A stretch of 64,000 nucleotides of DNA from Nitrospirota bacterium (lineage in GTDB: Bacteria > Nitrospirota > UBA9217): positions 576,001 through 640,000 of the forward strand of contig CAVTRN010000002.1 of NCBI GenBank assembly GCA_963737155.1, written 5' to 3'. The position numbers and the translations under genes were made by a program. The notes under the pieces were generated by a model. That model made no database searches. It had not been told where the DNA came from and worked only from the letters and a program-made list of their open reading frames with translations. This document shows positions 30,968 to 41,994 of this stretch, in pieces (position 1 is the first letter of the stretch; every line of letters begins with the position of its first letter).

Positions 30968-33900
30968 ATGACAATAAAGTCCAAACAGCAGGAAAGTAAA
31001 AAGCGGAGACAGTCAGAGGCACCTAAGGCTCAAGATGAGTGTCAAAAGCAGGCCGAGTCTCATAAGGATGTCGCTGGACCAGCAGGTATCCATTCGGCCA
31101 TCCCTGTGGTCGGCATTGGCGGGTCGGCCGGATCTCTGGAGGCTTTTAAGACCTTTTTCACGAATATGCCTGTTGACAGCGGGGCCGCTTTTGTCGTTAT
31201 TCAGCATTTGGCTCCGACGCACGAGAGTCTGCTGGCGGAACTCCTGGCCCAGCATACGCGAATGAGGGTTACGCAAGCCTGCAATGCATCTCCTATTGAA
31301 CCTAACTGCGTCTATGTCATCCCGCCCAATCAGTACCTGAACATCCGTGAGGGAGTTCTGTATTTAGTCGAGCCAGCTAAAAGCGAGAGAATCCGGATGC
31401 CCATTGACTTTTTCTTCCGCTCATTGGCGGAGGACCGGCGGGAAAGGGCGATCTGCATTCTCTTCTCCGGGGCCGGGTCGGACGGGACTCTGGGGGTTCG
31501 AGTGATTCGTGGTGCCGGAGGGCTAGCCATTGCGCAGGATCCGCAGACAGCTCAATTCAGCGACATGCCTCGCAGCGCGGTTGAAACAGGTCTGGTGGAT
31601 TTTGTCCTTCCGCCGGAACGAATACCCGAAGCTCTACTGGACTACCTGCGGAATCCTTATGTCAAGGGTGGAGAACCGGCGGCTGTCCTTGAGGCCGAAG
31701 GAAAACCCGGAGACTATCAGGACATTCTGTCCCTTGTGCTGGCCCAAAAGGGCCACGATTTCAAATTCTACAAGAAAAGTACCATCGTGAGACGCATCGA
31801 ACGCCGCATGGGATTGCACCGGATCCCGGATTTGGCTGGGTATTATAACCTTCTTCGGCAGGATACTGATGAGGTAAACCAGTTATTCAAGGATTTGCTT
31901 ATCAACGTCACATCGTTCTTCCGGGATGCAGAGGTGTTCGAGGAATTCAGTCAGAAGGCTATTGCTCCGCTGGTTCGGGCCAAGAAGACCAACGAGCCAC
32001 TCCGAGTCTGGGTCGCGGGCAGCGCGTCCGGCGAGGAAGCGTATTCTATGGCTATATTGCTGATGGAAGAAATCGTTACGGCCCGAAAAAGCTGCCCGGT
32101 GCAGATATTCGCGACGGATATCGACGATGAGGCACTGGAAATCGCCCGGCATGGAGTTTATCCGGAGAACATAGCTGTAGACGTGGCGCCCGAGCGCCTA
32201 TCGAGGTTCTTCATCAGGAATGACCGGGGCTATCAGGTTAACGAACAGGTCCGCAAGTCCGTGGTATTTGCGTCCCAAAACTTGATCAATGACCCTCCCT
32301 TTTCTAAGATGGACATCATTATTTGCCGCAACCTCCTCATCTATCTGGATGCCGAAACGCAGACTAAGCTCATTCCGCTATTCAACTTCGCGCTCAATCC
32401 CGGTGGGTATCTGTTCCTGGGCAAATCGGAGGGAATCTGCGGTCAGAACGACCTGTTCGATGTTGTCTCGAAGCAGGCGAGGCTTTTTCGCCGCCTTAAC
32501 CCAACCCGCCCTTATGTCTTGGATTCACCGATATTGCCGGGGAAGAAGAGGGCGCTGCCACTCGCCGGGCCAATAGCGGTTAAGCCTCCGGTGACCGCAT
32601 ATGCGGACATAATCCGGCTGGCAATGCTGAATCATTTCGCGGCCGCCGTCGTATTGGTTGACCGAACGGGACAGATTCTCCAGTTTCATGGTAATACCGG
32701 CAAGTATCTCAATATGCCTACAACCGAGCCCAGCCTGAACCTGCTGGACATAGCCAAGGAAGGGCTTCCCACACGGCTGCGCGCCGCATTTTATAAGACG
32801 CTTCAGGATGGCATGACAGTTCTGCTAGATAATGTTCCGATCACTCGAGATAGAGATAGCTCATTCGTTCGTGTCACCATTGCTCCGGCGCCGCAGCGGG
32901 GCAGCGAAGCACCGCTGTTTGCCGTGATCTTCGAGGATATTCCCCGTCCATTGGCTCCAGCGGCTGAGCAGATCCAAAGTGGCGAGAGCGAGTCAGCAGT
33001 AAAGCAACTCGAAGATGAATTGAGGGCTACGCGGCAGGAACACCAGGTAACTATCGATGAGCTTCAGGCGTCCAATGAAGAACTTCGGGTTTCCAATGAA
33101 GAGGTTGCCTCCACCAATGAGGAATTGCAATCCACAGTCGAAGAGTTGGAGACATCCAAAGAGGAATTACAATCAGTTAATGAAGAATTAAGCATTGTAA
33201 ACAGCCAGCTCCAGGAGAAAGTCGAGAAATTGGATGCAGCCAACAGCGACATCGCCAATTTTCTTGAATCCACACAAATTGCCACGCTTTTTCTGGATCG
33301 TGATCTGCTGATAAAGCGCTTCACTCCTGCGACTACGAAGGTCTTAAAATTGATTTCTTCGGATACGGGCCGACCAATAGGCGACCTGTCGACGAACTTC
33401 ACCAACTTCGACCTGCCGTCCGATGCCCGCTCCGTAGCGGTGCAGGGGAATGTTGTAGAGCGGGTAGCGCATCATGCGGATGGCTCGCGCTACCTGGTGC
33501 GCATCATGCCATACCGCATGCAGATGGGTGAGATTGCCGGTGTTATTATTAATTTTGGCGATATAACCCGGTTGAGCCGGGCTGAGCAACAGACCCGACG
33601 GCTGGCCACAGTCGTGATGGATTCCAATGATGCTGTCCTTCTGTTTGATTTAGATGGAAAAATCCTGACGTGGAACCGGGGTGCCCAGGATATGTATGGG
33701 TGGGGCGAGGCGGAAGCCTTACGAATGACCATTCGCGACATAGTGCCTCCCGACAAGGTCGCTGAAGCCACCGATATTTTCCGCCAGCTGTCAGCGGGGG
33801 AACGCGTTCCTTCTTGCGAGAGTCAGCGCATTACGAAGAACGGCCGTATATTGGATATCTGGCTGACTGCCACATCAGTGTCGGGCGAAGCTGGCAAGAT

Positions 33901-34699
33901 TGTGGAGGCGTTTGCCACTACGGAACGTGATATCGCCGAGAGCAAGAAAGCCGCGCAAAATATGTTGGCGCTTAACGAGCAATTGAAGCGCCGAGTCGCG
34001 GAACTGGACACTGTTAACAAAGAGCTCGAAGCCTTCACCTACTCCGTCTCGCATGACTTGCGAGCGCCCCTTAATTGGATATCGGGATTCTCCCAACTTC
34101 TCTTTGAACAATATGCGGACAGGTTTGATATGCAAGGCAAAGACTTTCTTACCCGCGTCAAAAATGGTTCGAACCGTATGATCCAGCTTATCGAAGACCT
34201 CCTGCGGCTGTCGCATATATCACGGCAGGATATCTCGTTTGTGGACTATGATCTGAGCGGTCTTGCTTCCAGCGTCGTAAAAAGCTTTCGAGATGCCGCT
34301 CCTGCGAGAAATGTCAAGGTGGTTATCGCTGGAGGTCTTCACGCTACTGTTGATCCCAATCTTATGAGGATAGCGCTTACGAACCTGTTTGACAACGCCT
34401 GGAAATTTACTTCGAAGATCGAGAATGCACATATAGAGTTCGGGGCCGCAGAAAAAGACGAGAAGACCGTTTATTTTATCAAAGACAACGGTGCCGGGTT
34501 CGATCCTTCCTATGCCGACAAGATGTTTCTGCCTTTCCACCGGCTTCATTCTGAAAAGGAGTTCGAAGGAATGGGAATCGGTCTCGCCATTGTCGAACGG
34601 ATTATTCGCCGCCACGACGGAAAAGTCTGGGCAGAGGGAGAAGTTGATAAAGGCGCAACAATCTATTTCACGCTGGGACAGGGAACAAAGAATAATTGA
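30968..34699 (+). CDS. CheB-CheR-PAS-histidine kinase fusion
   Basis: CheB triad GGSAG/QHL/GSDG; CheR INVTSFFRD, GEEAYS, ICRNLLIY; heptad NEELQS repeats; PAS; SVSHDLRAPL; HATPase. Confidence 0.95.
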   Translation: MTIKSKQQESKKRRQSEAPKAQDECQKQAESHKDVAGPAGIHSAIPVVGIGGSAGSLEAFKTFFTNMPVDSGAAFVVIQHLAPTHESLLAELLAQHTRMRVTQACNASPIEPNCVYVIPPNQYLNIREGVLYLVEPAKSERIRMPIDFFFRSLAEDRRERAICILFSGAGSDGTLGVRVIRGAGGLAIAQDPQTAQFSDMPRSAVETGLVDFVLPPERIPEALLDYLRNPYVKGGEPAAVLEAEGKPGDYQDILSLVLAQKGHDFKFYKKSTIVRRIERRMGLHRIPDLAGYYNLLRQDTDEVNQLFKDLLINVTSFFRDAEVFEEFSQKAIAPLVRAKKTNEPLRVWVAGSASGEEAYSMAILLMEEIVTARKSCPVQIFATDIDDEALEIARHGVYPENIAVDVAPERLSRFFIRNDRGYQVNEQVRKSVVFASQNLINDPPFSKMDIIICRNLLIYLDAETQTKLIPLFNFALNPGGYLFLGKSEGICGQNDLFDVVSKQARLFRRLNPTRPYVLDSPILPGKKRALPLAGPIAVKPPVTAYADIIRLAMLNHFAAAVVLVDRTGQILQFHGNTGKYLNMPTTEPSLNLLDIAKEGLPTRLRAAFYKTLQDGMTVLLDNVPITRDRDSSFVRVTIAPAPQRGSEAPLFAVIFEDIPRPLAPAAEQIQSGESESAVKQLEDELRATRQEHQVTIDELQASNEELRVSNEEVASTNEELQSTVEELETSKEELQSVNEELSIVNSQLQEKVEKLDAANSDIANFLESTQIATLFLDRDLLIKRFTPATTKVLKLISSDTGRPIGDLSTNFTNFDLPSDARSVAVQGNVVERVAHHADGSRYLVRIMPYRMQMGEIAGVIINFGDITRLSRAEQQTRRLATVVMDSNDAVLLFDLDGKILTWNRGAQDMYGWGEAEALRMTIRDIVPPDKVAEATDIFRQLSAGERVPSCESQRITKNGRILDIWLTATSVSGEAGKIVEAFATTERDIAESKKAAQNMLALNEQLKRRVAELDTVNKELEAFTYSVSHDLRAPLNWISGFSQLLFEQYADRFDMQGKDFLTRVKNGSNRMIQLIEDLLRLSHISRQDISFVDYDLSGLASSVVKSFRDAAPARNVKVVIAGGLHATVDPNLMRIALTNLFDNAWKFTSKIENAHIEFGAAEKDEKTVYFIKDNGAGFDPSYADKMFLPFHRLHSEKEFEGMGIGLAIVERIIRRHDGKVWAEGEVDKGATIYFTLGQGTKNN

Positions 34700-34799
34700 T
34701 GAGGCGGAGGGCGAATAGGAGGAAAGTATGCCGCTATTATTTTCGACGGCCATCAACAGTCCGCGCTACACAGTCCTCATTCATACATAGGAGAGTATT

Positions 34800-35207
34800 A
34801 TGCAACCAGTAATCCTCATCATAGATGACAGCGAGGACGATTTCCTGTTAATGAAAGCGGCACTTTCGAAGACTAGGCGGAATTTCAGGACGGAAGTCGC
34901 CTCGAGCGGAGAAGCTGGCCTCACACTCATCCGGGAAGGGAAAACACCGCCTAAGCTGATCCTGCTCGACCTGAAAATGCCCAGGATGGACGGGATCGAG
35001 GTCTTGCGAAAAATACGCGATGACGAGAGTTTGAGCAGCATTCCGGTGATCATCGTTACGAACTCAAAGTTGGAATCGGATGAACAGGCAGCCTTAAAGG
35101 CGGGAGCAAACGGTTTTCTGCACAAGGCAACAGATCTCGATCAATTCAAGAGGGATATAGAGCGTATAATAGACCGTTGGTTGGACGCGAATGCACCTCA
35201 TATGTGA
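34800..35207 (+). CDS. Single-domain response regulator
   Basis: IIDDSEDD, LLDLKMP, FLHK. Confidence 0.92.
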   Translation: MQPVILIIDDSEDDFLLMKAALSKTRRNFRTEVASSGEAGLTLIREGKTPPKLILLDLKMPRMDGIEVLRKIRDDESLSSIPVIIVTNSKLESDEQAALKAGANGFLHKATDLDQFKRDIERIIDRWLDANAPHM

Positions 35208-35504
35208 TATCAATTACGATTGTATGTTCCAACCGGAACATGTTAAATGATTCGCTTTATCGGAATTGCAAACTTTGGATGTGGTACGATGATGTAATCT
35301 TTAACAAAGTGTTGAAACGCGGTTGATCCATCAAGAGAATATTGAGGCAGTACGGGTTTAACTAATTCGTCAATTATCCAAATTGATACCCATTCACAAT
35401 AGCCCAGTCATATTGACCGACCAAGTGTCGCAATTTCGTCTTTTATTGCAGCGACTTATGATAAATATATTTATTTTCAGTGAGTTAAACCTATTGATAC
35501 TCTG

Positions 35505-35520
35505 TGGCATCGTGCTTGCT
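35505..35520 (+). promoter_or_regulatory. sigma54 (-24/-12) promoter
   Basis: TGGCAT-cgtgc-TTGCT matches TGGCAC-N5-TTGC; AT-rich IHF-like tract just upstream. Confidence 0.6.
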
Positions 35521-35651
35521 TATTCAATATTGGCTCGTTCCGTCACAAAACAGCTTATTCAGGTGGTGACCACCTGTTACGCTAGGCTGCATCTGCCGAT
35601 ACTGCTCGGTCGTCCCCGCATGATCGACAGGATCTTGGGAGGTAGGAATCC

Positions 35652-36131
35652 ATGGAAGACCACCATAACAGTATCCATAACCCCGTCGGATCACCGACAG
35701 GAGATCAGCAGCAGACTATTCTGTTAGTCGATGACGACAATGAAAGCTTGCAGGACATGTCAGAGATCCTGCGGATGAGTGGCTACAGCGTCGCAGTCTT
35801 TCACGAAGCGCCTTCAGCACTTTATTTTGCTAACCGCGAAGTCAGGAAGTTCGATCTCGTAATAACCGACTATCGCATGCCGGGCATGAACGGCCTGGAA
35901 TTAGTTGAGGCCCTGAGACGTCTGCTTCCCGATGTACCGGTGATCATGCTCACTGCCCACGGTGACATCGACACTTATTTCAAGGCTTTCAAACTAGGCA
36001 TCTTCGAATACATCAACAAGCCAGTGAACGCGAGCGAGTTCCGCAGAATCGTAAAAGTCGCACTGGAGAGGGGCATTCATGAAAGGGCTCCTGCCATCCC
36101 GGAGGCCCTAACAGAAAACCCTGATCGATGA
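35652..36131 (+). CDS. Response regulator receiver protein
   Basis: LLVDDD, ITDYRMP, LTAHG, YINKP. Confidence 0.92.
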   Translation: MEDHHNSIHNPVGSPTGDQQQTILLVDDDNESLQDMSEILRMSGYSVAVFHEAPSALYFANREVRKFDLVITDYRMPGMNGLELVEALRRLLPDVPVIMLTAHGDIDTYFKAFKLGIFEYINKPVNASEFRRIVKVALERGIHERAPAIPEALTENPDR

Positions 36132-36455
36132 AGACGAACAATTATACAATGTTCTTTTCAATCATCGAAAGAAGATAATGCAAATCTTATTTTCTTAGGG
36201 CATTTACTGCATGGTAAAGAATGGGAAAATTATGAGTAAATATCGGGACAAAAGAATATTCAACGTCGATAAGAGACAATGTAATGTGTCATATAACATC
36301 TTGGGCTATTAAAAACTGTGATAAAGGGATCATGTTTGTGCTTGGGCAATCTATGAAAAAATGTCATTAAATTCAGACAATAAACAGAGAGGGAAAAAAC
36401 AAGCCCCGGTTGTTATGGCAGAAAGCCTGAGTTCGGCGAAAATCTTGCCATCATC

Positions 36456-37022
36456 ATGAATTCCTTTTATATCGAACAGTCAATCCTTAATGCCATGAAC
36501 AAAGCAATCAAAACAATGCAGGACGGCGGTAAACTGAGAATTAAAACCTACGCTGCAAAACGGCCTAGCCATCTTTTTGCCATCATTGCAATCTCTGGCG
36601 GCGGCCCCGGGATTGCTGCTCAGAACTCCAATGACATCATGTCGAATAGTAACGGCAATGGGAGAGGATTCGGGTTCCGCGTCACCCATAATATTCTCAA
36701 GCGCTACAGCGGCTACATGGAAATTGATCGCAGGAAGGATGAGGCAACACCATTTCGTTGTTCATCCCCGGTCAGTAAGACGCCCAGTAATCGAAATGAT
36801 AAGCAACGAAACAATTTTTTCGTAGACGAGGAACCAAAAGCCGTTGGAGTGTTTTCAGCGATATTTCAGGAAGAAGACAAATGCGATGAGATGGATCAGG
36901 GCGAGCACCGAGCGGCGAGATCAGGTCCATGGTCTCCAATATCAATCTCCGGAATAAAAACGTGCCTATTTTTTATTCATCGGGGCTGTTATATTCTGGA
37001 TGATGCGAAAGATTCCGGTTAA
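36456..37022 (+). pseudogene. Degraded HATPase_c / receiver fragment
   Basis: AMNKAIKTMQDGGKLRIKT, ISGGGPGI, GRGFGFRVTHNILKRYSGYMEI are eroded N/G1/G2 boxes; no H-box. Confidence 0.55.
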
Positions 37023-37055
37023 ATCAGACCGCGGAACTATCGCGGGGAGAGGACT

Positions 37056-39170
37056 ATGAAGAACTTGCATATAAATGTGCTCGCGATCGAAGACAATCCG
37101 GATGATGCCGAGTTGATCCGGCGGATGCTGGTAAAGGTGAGAGAGCCGTCTTTTACTTTCGTCCAGGCGCCACGGTTGTCTGAGGGACTCCAGGCCCTGC
37201 GCGAGGGCTCATTTGACATCGTGCTCCTGGACCTGGGGCTTCCTGATAGCCAGGGTATGGACTCGGTCCTGAAAATCAGGATGCAATCGCCTACTATCCC
37301 GATCATCGTATTCACCGGTATTAACGACGACGAGGTTGCCCTTAAAGCCCTGCACCTGGACGTTCAGGACTACCTGACAAAGGGGCAGATTGACCATAAT
37401 CTCCTGGTGCGCTCCATACGGTATGCCATCGAGCGAAGACGGGCCGTCGAAGCGCTTCGGAACAGCGAAGCGCGCTTCCGCCGCCTAAGCGAGAGCGGCA
37501 TTATCGGCATAGTATATTTCGATGCCGATGGGCGGATCATCGATGGAAACGATACGTTTCTCGCGATGATCGGCTCCAATCGCGAGGATCTCGAGGCAGG
37601 TCGAGTGCGGCGCTGGGGACGTTTGGTCCCGCCGGAGTGGGAAGCGAGAATGAGAGAAGCATCTGAGGAGTTCAAGGCGACGGGCCGCATCACGCCCTAC
37701 GAAACGGAATATATCCGCCGGGATGGGTCGAGACTCTGGGGTCTTTTTGGCGCAGCGAAACTCGATGGGCAGCCGAGCGAGATTGCCTTCATCGTGGACA
37801 TCACCGCACGCAAAAAACTCGAAGAAGAGATCACGCATATGGCCCACCACGATGTTCTGACTGGTCTGCCGAACAGGAGACTGTTTATGGAACTGATGCG
37901 TTTTGAGATCGCCGAAGCCCGCCGCAATCGAACGAAAACGGGCCTCATGTTCCTCGATCTAGACCGCTTCAAGGTGGTTAACGATACGCTGGGCCACGAG
38001 GCGGGCGATCAACTACTGAAGACGGTGGCAGAGAGGCTCCGGGCCACAATTAGAGATTCGGACGCCGTTGCAAGGATCGGCGGAGACGAGTTCAGCATCC
38101 TTCTTGCGGGCATCACGCGTCCGGAGGACATCACTGAAATTGCCCAGAAGATCCTGGACGCGTTTCGGGAAAAATGCATTATTGCAAACCACGAGTTCAC
38201 CATCACGACCAGCATGGGCATCAGCGTTTATCCTGATGACAGCGATACCATTGAATCGTTGTTCCGGTACTCGGACATTGCTCTTTACCATGCCAAGAAC
38301 CGGGGCAGGAATACGTTCGAGTTCTACGATCCGGACATCAACCGGCGATCAGTCGATCGGCTAAAATTTGAAAATGCCCTTCGTCGGGCCATGGCGCATC
38401 GGGAGCTCATGGTTTACTATCAGCCGCAGATCGACATTGGAACAGGGATGATTGTCTCGGCCGAGGCGCTTGTGCGCTGGAAGCACCCGGAACTGGGCTT
38501 GCTTGATGCAGGCCGTTTCGTACAGACCGCCGAGTCCATCGGGATAATCACGGACATTGATGAATGGGTAATACGGTCCGCTTGCATACAGCTCAAGACG
38601 TGGCTGGACGCCGGATATGCTCCCTTTTCCATTGCGGCAAACCTCTCTTCCCGGGCATTTCAAAACACTGGCTTTGCGGCTACGATAACGAGGATCATTG
38701 ATGAAACGGGAGTGCCCCCACATTGCATTGAAATCGAAATTACGGAAAGCGCTGCTGTAGTGAATATCGAGGGAACGATCGCCCGCCTGTATGAGCTGGT
38801 GCAGAAGGGGATCCGTATCACCATTGATGATTTCGGCACGGGTTATGCATCTTTGAACAATCTGAAGAGGCTGCCGTTTCAGAGGCTCAAAATAGATCAA
38901 ACGTTCGTTAAGGACATTGCTCACAATGCGGATGATCGGGCGATTGTCGGCGCCGTGATCGCAATGGCCCATCAAATGAAAATATCTGTTGTTGCCGAAG
39001 GCGTGGAAACTGCGGACCAGCTATCCTGCCTCACTGAAGCCCGGTGCGATGAGGCACAGGGATACTTCTTTAACAAAGCGCTGCCCCCTGGGGAATTCAC
39101 CAAATTGATGGCCGGACAAAAGCACCTGAGCGAAACGGCTATACCTAAGTTCAAGGCTTCCCGCTCTTAA
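37056..39170 (+). CDS. REC-PAS-GGDEF-EAL diguanylate cyclase/phosphodiesterase
   Basis: REC, PAS, HDVLTGLPNR, GGDEF, EALVRW, DDFGTGY. Confidence 0.95.
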   Translation: MKNLHINVLAIEDNPDDAELIRRMLVKVREPSFTFVQAPRLSEGLQALREGSFDIVLLDLGLPDSQGMDSVLKIRMQSPTIPIIVFTGINDDEVALKALHLDVQDYLTKGQIDHNLLVRSIRYAIERRRAVEALRNSEARFRRLSESGIIGIVYFDADGRIIDGNDTFLAMIGSNREDLEAGRVRRWGRLVPPEWEARMREASEEFKATGRITPYETEYIRRDGSRLWGLFGAAKLDGQPSEIAFIVDITARKKLEEEITHMAHHDVLTGLPNRRLFMELMRFEIAEARRNRTKTGLMFLDLDRFKVVNDTLGHEAGDQLLKTVAERLRATIRDSDAVARIGGDEFSILLAGITRPEDITEIAQKILDAFREKCIIANHEFTITTSMGISVYPDDSDTIESLFRYSDIALYHAKNRGRNTFEFYDPDINRRSVDRLKFENALRRAMAHRELMVYYQPQIDIGTGMIVSAEALVRWKHPELGLLDAGRFVQTAESIGIITDIDEWVIRSACIQLKTWLDAGYAPFSIAANLSSRAFQNTGFAATITRIIDETGVPPHCIEIEITESAAVVNIEGTIARLYELVQKGIRITIDDFGTGYASLNNLKRLPFQRLKIDQTFVKDIAHNADDRAIVGAVIAMAHQMKISVVAEGVETADQLSCLTEARCDEAQGYFFNKALPPGEFTKLMAGQKHLSETAIPKFKASRS

Positions 39171-39291
39171 CCGCGTCGCACCACGACGGATTAATCTGCG
39201 GGAGTACAGGTGATCGATCTGTTATATCCTGAATGATATGATGGGTTCTGTTTGTAATGCATGGTAACGACTCTTTCCTGGAGTCAAAGTG

Positions 39292-39311
39292 CCACGGGCT
39301 TAATCCCGTGG
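39292..39311. repeat. REP / IS200-IS605-end-like hairpin
   Basis: CCACGGG-cttaat-CCCGTGG. Confidence 0.45.
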
Positions 39312-39416
39312 GTATCTACTGAAATTACATAACATACGTAGAATAATGTTTAAAAAAATGTTCGATACCCGAGATCGGTCTAAGATAAAAGGATAATTGC
39401 TTTCAAGACTTGCGAT

Positions 39417-40091
39417 ATGAACCAATTAAATGTAAAAACTCAATTTAATAATGCAGCTGCACTTTACGATTCACAAAGAAAAATATTTATTCCATTTTTG
39501 GATGATTATTACGAATCCGGTATCAATTACCTCTCTATAAACAATTTTAAACGCATTTTAGATTTAGGTGCTGGTACTGGATTGCTAACTCAGAAATTAA
39601 GAGAATATTATCCTGATGCTCAATATTCACTTGTGGATATTTCAGACAAAATGCTTGAAATAGCAAAAAAACGCTTTAAAAATATATCCGATATTGAATT
39701 TATAGCAAAGGATTATTCGGTTAATTTCCCTAAAGTAAAATCTGATTTAATTGCTTCAGCGTTATCAATTCACCATTTGGATGAATCAAAAAAGAAAAGT
39801 TTGTATAATAACATTTTCAGATCTTTAAATAAAAATGGATATTTTTTAAATATTGACCAATATAATTCAGAGAATAATAAAGTGAATGATCATTATGAAG
39901 AATTGTGGATTAGCAGTATTAAGGAATCTAAATTAAGCAATAATGATTTTAAGTCTTGGAAAAGGAGAAGAGCAATAGATAAAGAAACTACGGTTGAAAA
40001 AGAAATATCCAGATTATCAAAAATTGGTTTTAAAGAGGTTGAATGTGTATATAAATATTGGAAATTTGGAGTAATCGTAGGGAAAAAATAA
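39417..40091 (+). CDS. Class I SAM-dependent methyltransferase (very AT-rich gene)
   Basis: ILDLGAGTG, VDISDKML, SALSIHH. Confidence 0.92.
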   Translation: MNQLNVKTQFNNAAALYDSQRKIFIPFLDDYYESGINYLSINNFKRILDLGAGTGLLTQKLREYYPDAQYSLVDISDKMLEIAKKRFKNISDIEFIAKDYSVNFPKVKSDLIASALSIHHLDESKKKSLYNNIFRSLNKNGYFLNIDQYNSENNKVNDHYEELWISSIKESKLSNNDFKSWKRRRAIDKETTVEKEISRLSKIGFKEVECVYKYWKFGVIVGKK

Positions 40092-40699
40092 GGTCTTGCA
40101 AGTCGCTTCACACTGAAACGTTCTATAACTTCTTTATGTAATCATTACGAGCGAAGCGAAATAAGGCCGGGGTTTGTAAGCTATTGAAAAATAAAGATTG
40201 CTTCCCTGGAAATTCTGGCCTAAAAAAATGATTTATAGCCACAACGACTTACTCACGCTATATCGCCTTGTGCCGAAGTTTTTAATCGACGTTTCCTTCC
40301 TGCCTCTCACGAGTTTGCAATCTTTGTCAACGCTGCAATTATCAAAACAGCTTTCGATTGTACATCTACCCATCCTTACCTAATATGGCAGCATTGACTT
40401 GAATCTGCAACAGGCATATATTTGTAAAAGATAGAACAAGGAATCAACCAGACCGGGGGTAAATGATTTGAGGTTTATGGCATGGCGGGTGAATAGGTCA
40501 TGAATAGTGTCGGTAAAAAAGCTGGACAAGTCATCCAGGTTGTTGATTTAAACAAAGATGTACGCACCACAAACACAAAGAATAAATCATTGGTAGGGGA
40601 AATGGTCCATATTGCACTGAATTATGCAGCAAAAGAATCTCCGATTGATTCTCGGCAGGTGTTTCCCCAGTTCATGAGATTCGTTCCAAGGCCACTGCC

Positions 40700-41980
40700 A
40701 TGAAACAGCTCAAATTGCTCTTATCGCTGATAATAATCATCGCATCGGTTATTTTATGCCATCAAATTATTTTAAATTCAATTTCCAACCAAAAAGACAA
40801 AACCGATTATGCCGAACTCAACAATGTCAAATACGGTCTTCTCAGTGTTGAAGAATGGAAACAACAAATTTTCGCAATTCTTACCGAGGAGATAAATAAG
40901 CTGTATTTGTCAAATACGAATGAGCGAGAGCTCCGAAAACATATCGAAGTTCTGTTGAATAAGCTTATTGATGAAGTCAATAATAAAATCAAGGAAGAAA
41001 ACAAAGGTTCTTTGGAGGGTCAGTTCAAACAATCTCTTATCAATATTCTTATCAGTCCGAAAGATATTAAGAAAGGCATTCCTGAATATGCGGATGCTAT
41101 TATTCATGAGATGACAAAATCGAAAACAATGGACCAGATAAAGGCCATACTGAACAAACAGCTTAAACAATATGTTAATCAGACCTTTGCCACGCAGGAT
41201 ACCTCTCAATTAGACCTCATTATTCTTCGGACTGGTTCCAAGGACATAGAAGACGCGAAGATCAAGCTCAATCAGGCAATTCCGATCAAGCATGATCTGA
41301 TTGTTAAGGAGGTTGTCCTGTTGATCATTCTGTCGGTCATTCTTTTTTGCTTGCCCGGTTTTAGCAGGCAACCCTTGGCTCCCTCCCAGTATATACTTCT
41401 CGTTCTGTCTCTAATCATGCTGCTGATAGCTGGCGTAACCACGCCCATGATCGATCTGGAAGCAAAAATTACGCGGATGAGTTTTGTTTTGATGGGGCAT
41501 CCCCTTCATTTTGAGAACCAGGTATTGTATTTCCAAAGTAAAAGCATTCTGGATGTGTTTTGGATTATGATAACTCATAATGATATTAAGATGAAATTTG
41601 TCGGGGTCTTGCTGGTTACCTTCAGTATTGTTTTCCCCCTGTTAAAAATAGTCTCGTCAATGGGATATTATTATAACTATCCCCGAGCAAGGGATAACCC
41701 GGTGGTCAAGTTTTTTGTCTTAAAATCCGGGAAATGGTCGATGGCCGATGTAATGGTGGTTGCAATATTTATGGCCTATATCGGATTTAACGGGATTATT
41801 ACCAGTCAATTCAGGCAGTTCAGTCGATCAAGCCTTTCAGACCACGGACTGGAGATCTTAACGACGAATGGCACCTCCCTTCAACCGGGGTATTTTCTGT
41901 TCCTGACTTACGTTCTATTGGCGTTATTTTTCTCAGGATTCCTGATCAGAAAACCTCCCCTGCCAGAAAACCAAAGGTGA
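40700..41980 (+). CDS. Paraquat-inducible protein A (PqiA) domain membrane protein
   Basis: FSIVFPLLK and GKWSMADVMVVAIF motifs with an N-terminal helical extension. Confidence 0.82.
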   Translation: MKQLKLLLSLIIIIASVILCHQIILNSISNQKDKTDYAELNNVKYGLLSVEEWKQQIFAILTEEINKLYLSNTNERELRKHIEVLLNKLIDEVNNKIKEENKGSLEGQFKQSLINILISPKDIKKGIPEYADAIIHEMTKSKTMDQIKAILNKQLKQYVNQTFATQDTSQLDLIILRTGSKDIEDAKIKLNQAIPIKHDLIVKEVVLLIILSVILFCLPGFSRQPLAPSQYILLVLSLIMLLIAGVTTPMIDLEAKITRMSFVLMGHPLHFENQVLYFQSKSILDVFWIMITHNDIKMKFVGVLLVTFSIVFPLLKIVSSMGYYYNYPRARDNPVVKFFVLKSGKWSMADVMVVAIFMAYIGFNGIITSQFRQFSRSSLSDHGLEILTTNGTSLQPGYFLFLTYVLLALFFSGFLIRKPPLPENQR

Positions 41981-41994
41981 ACAGCCCTGAATCC

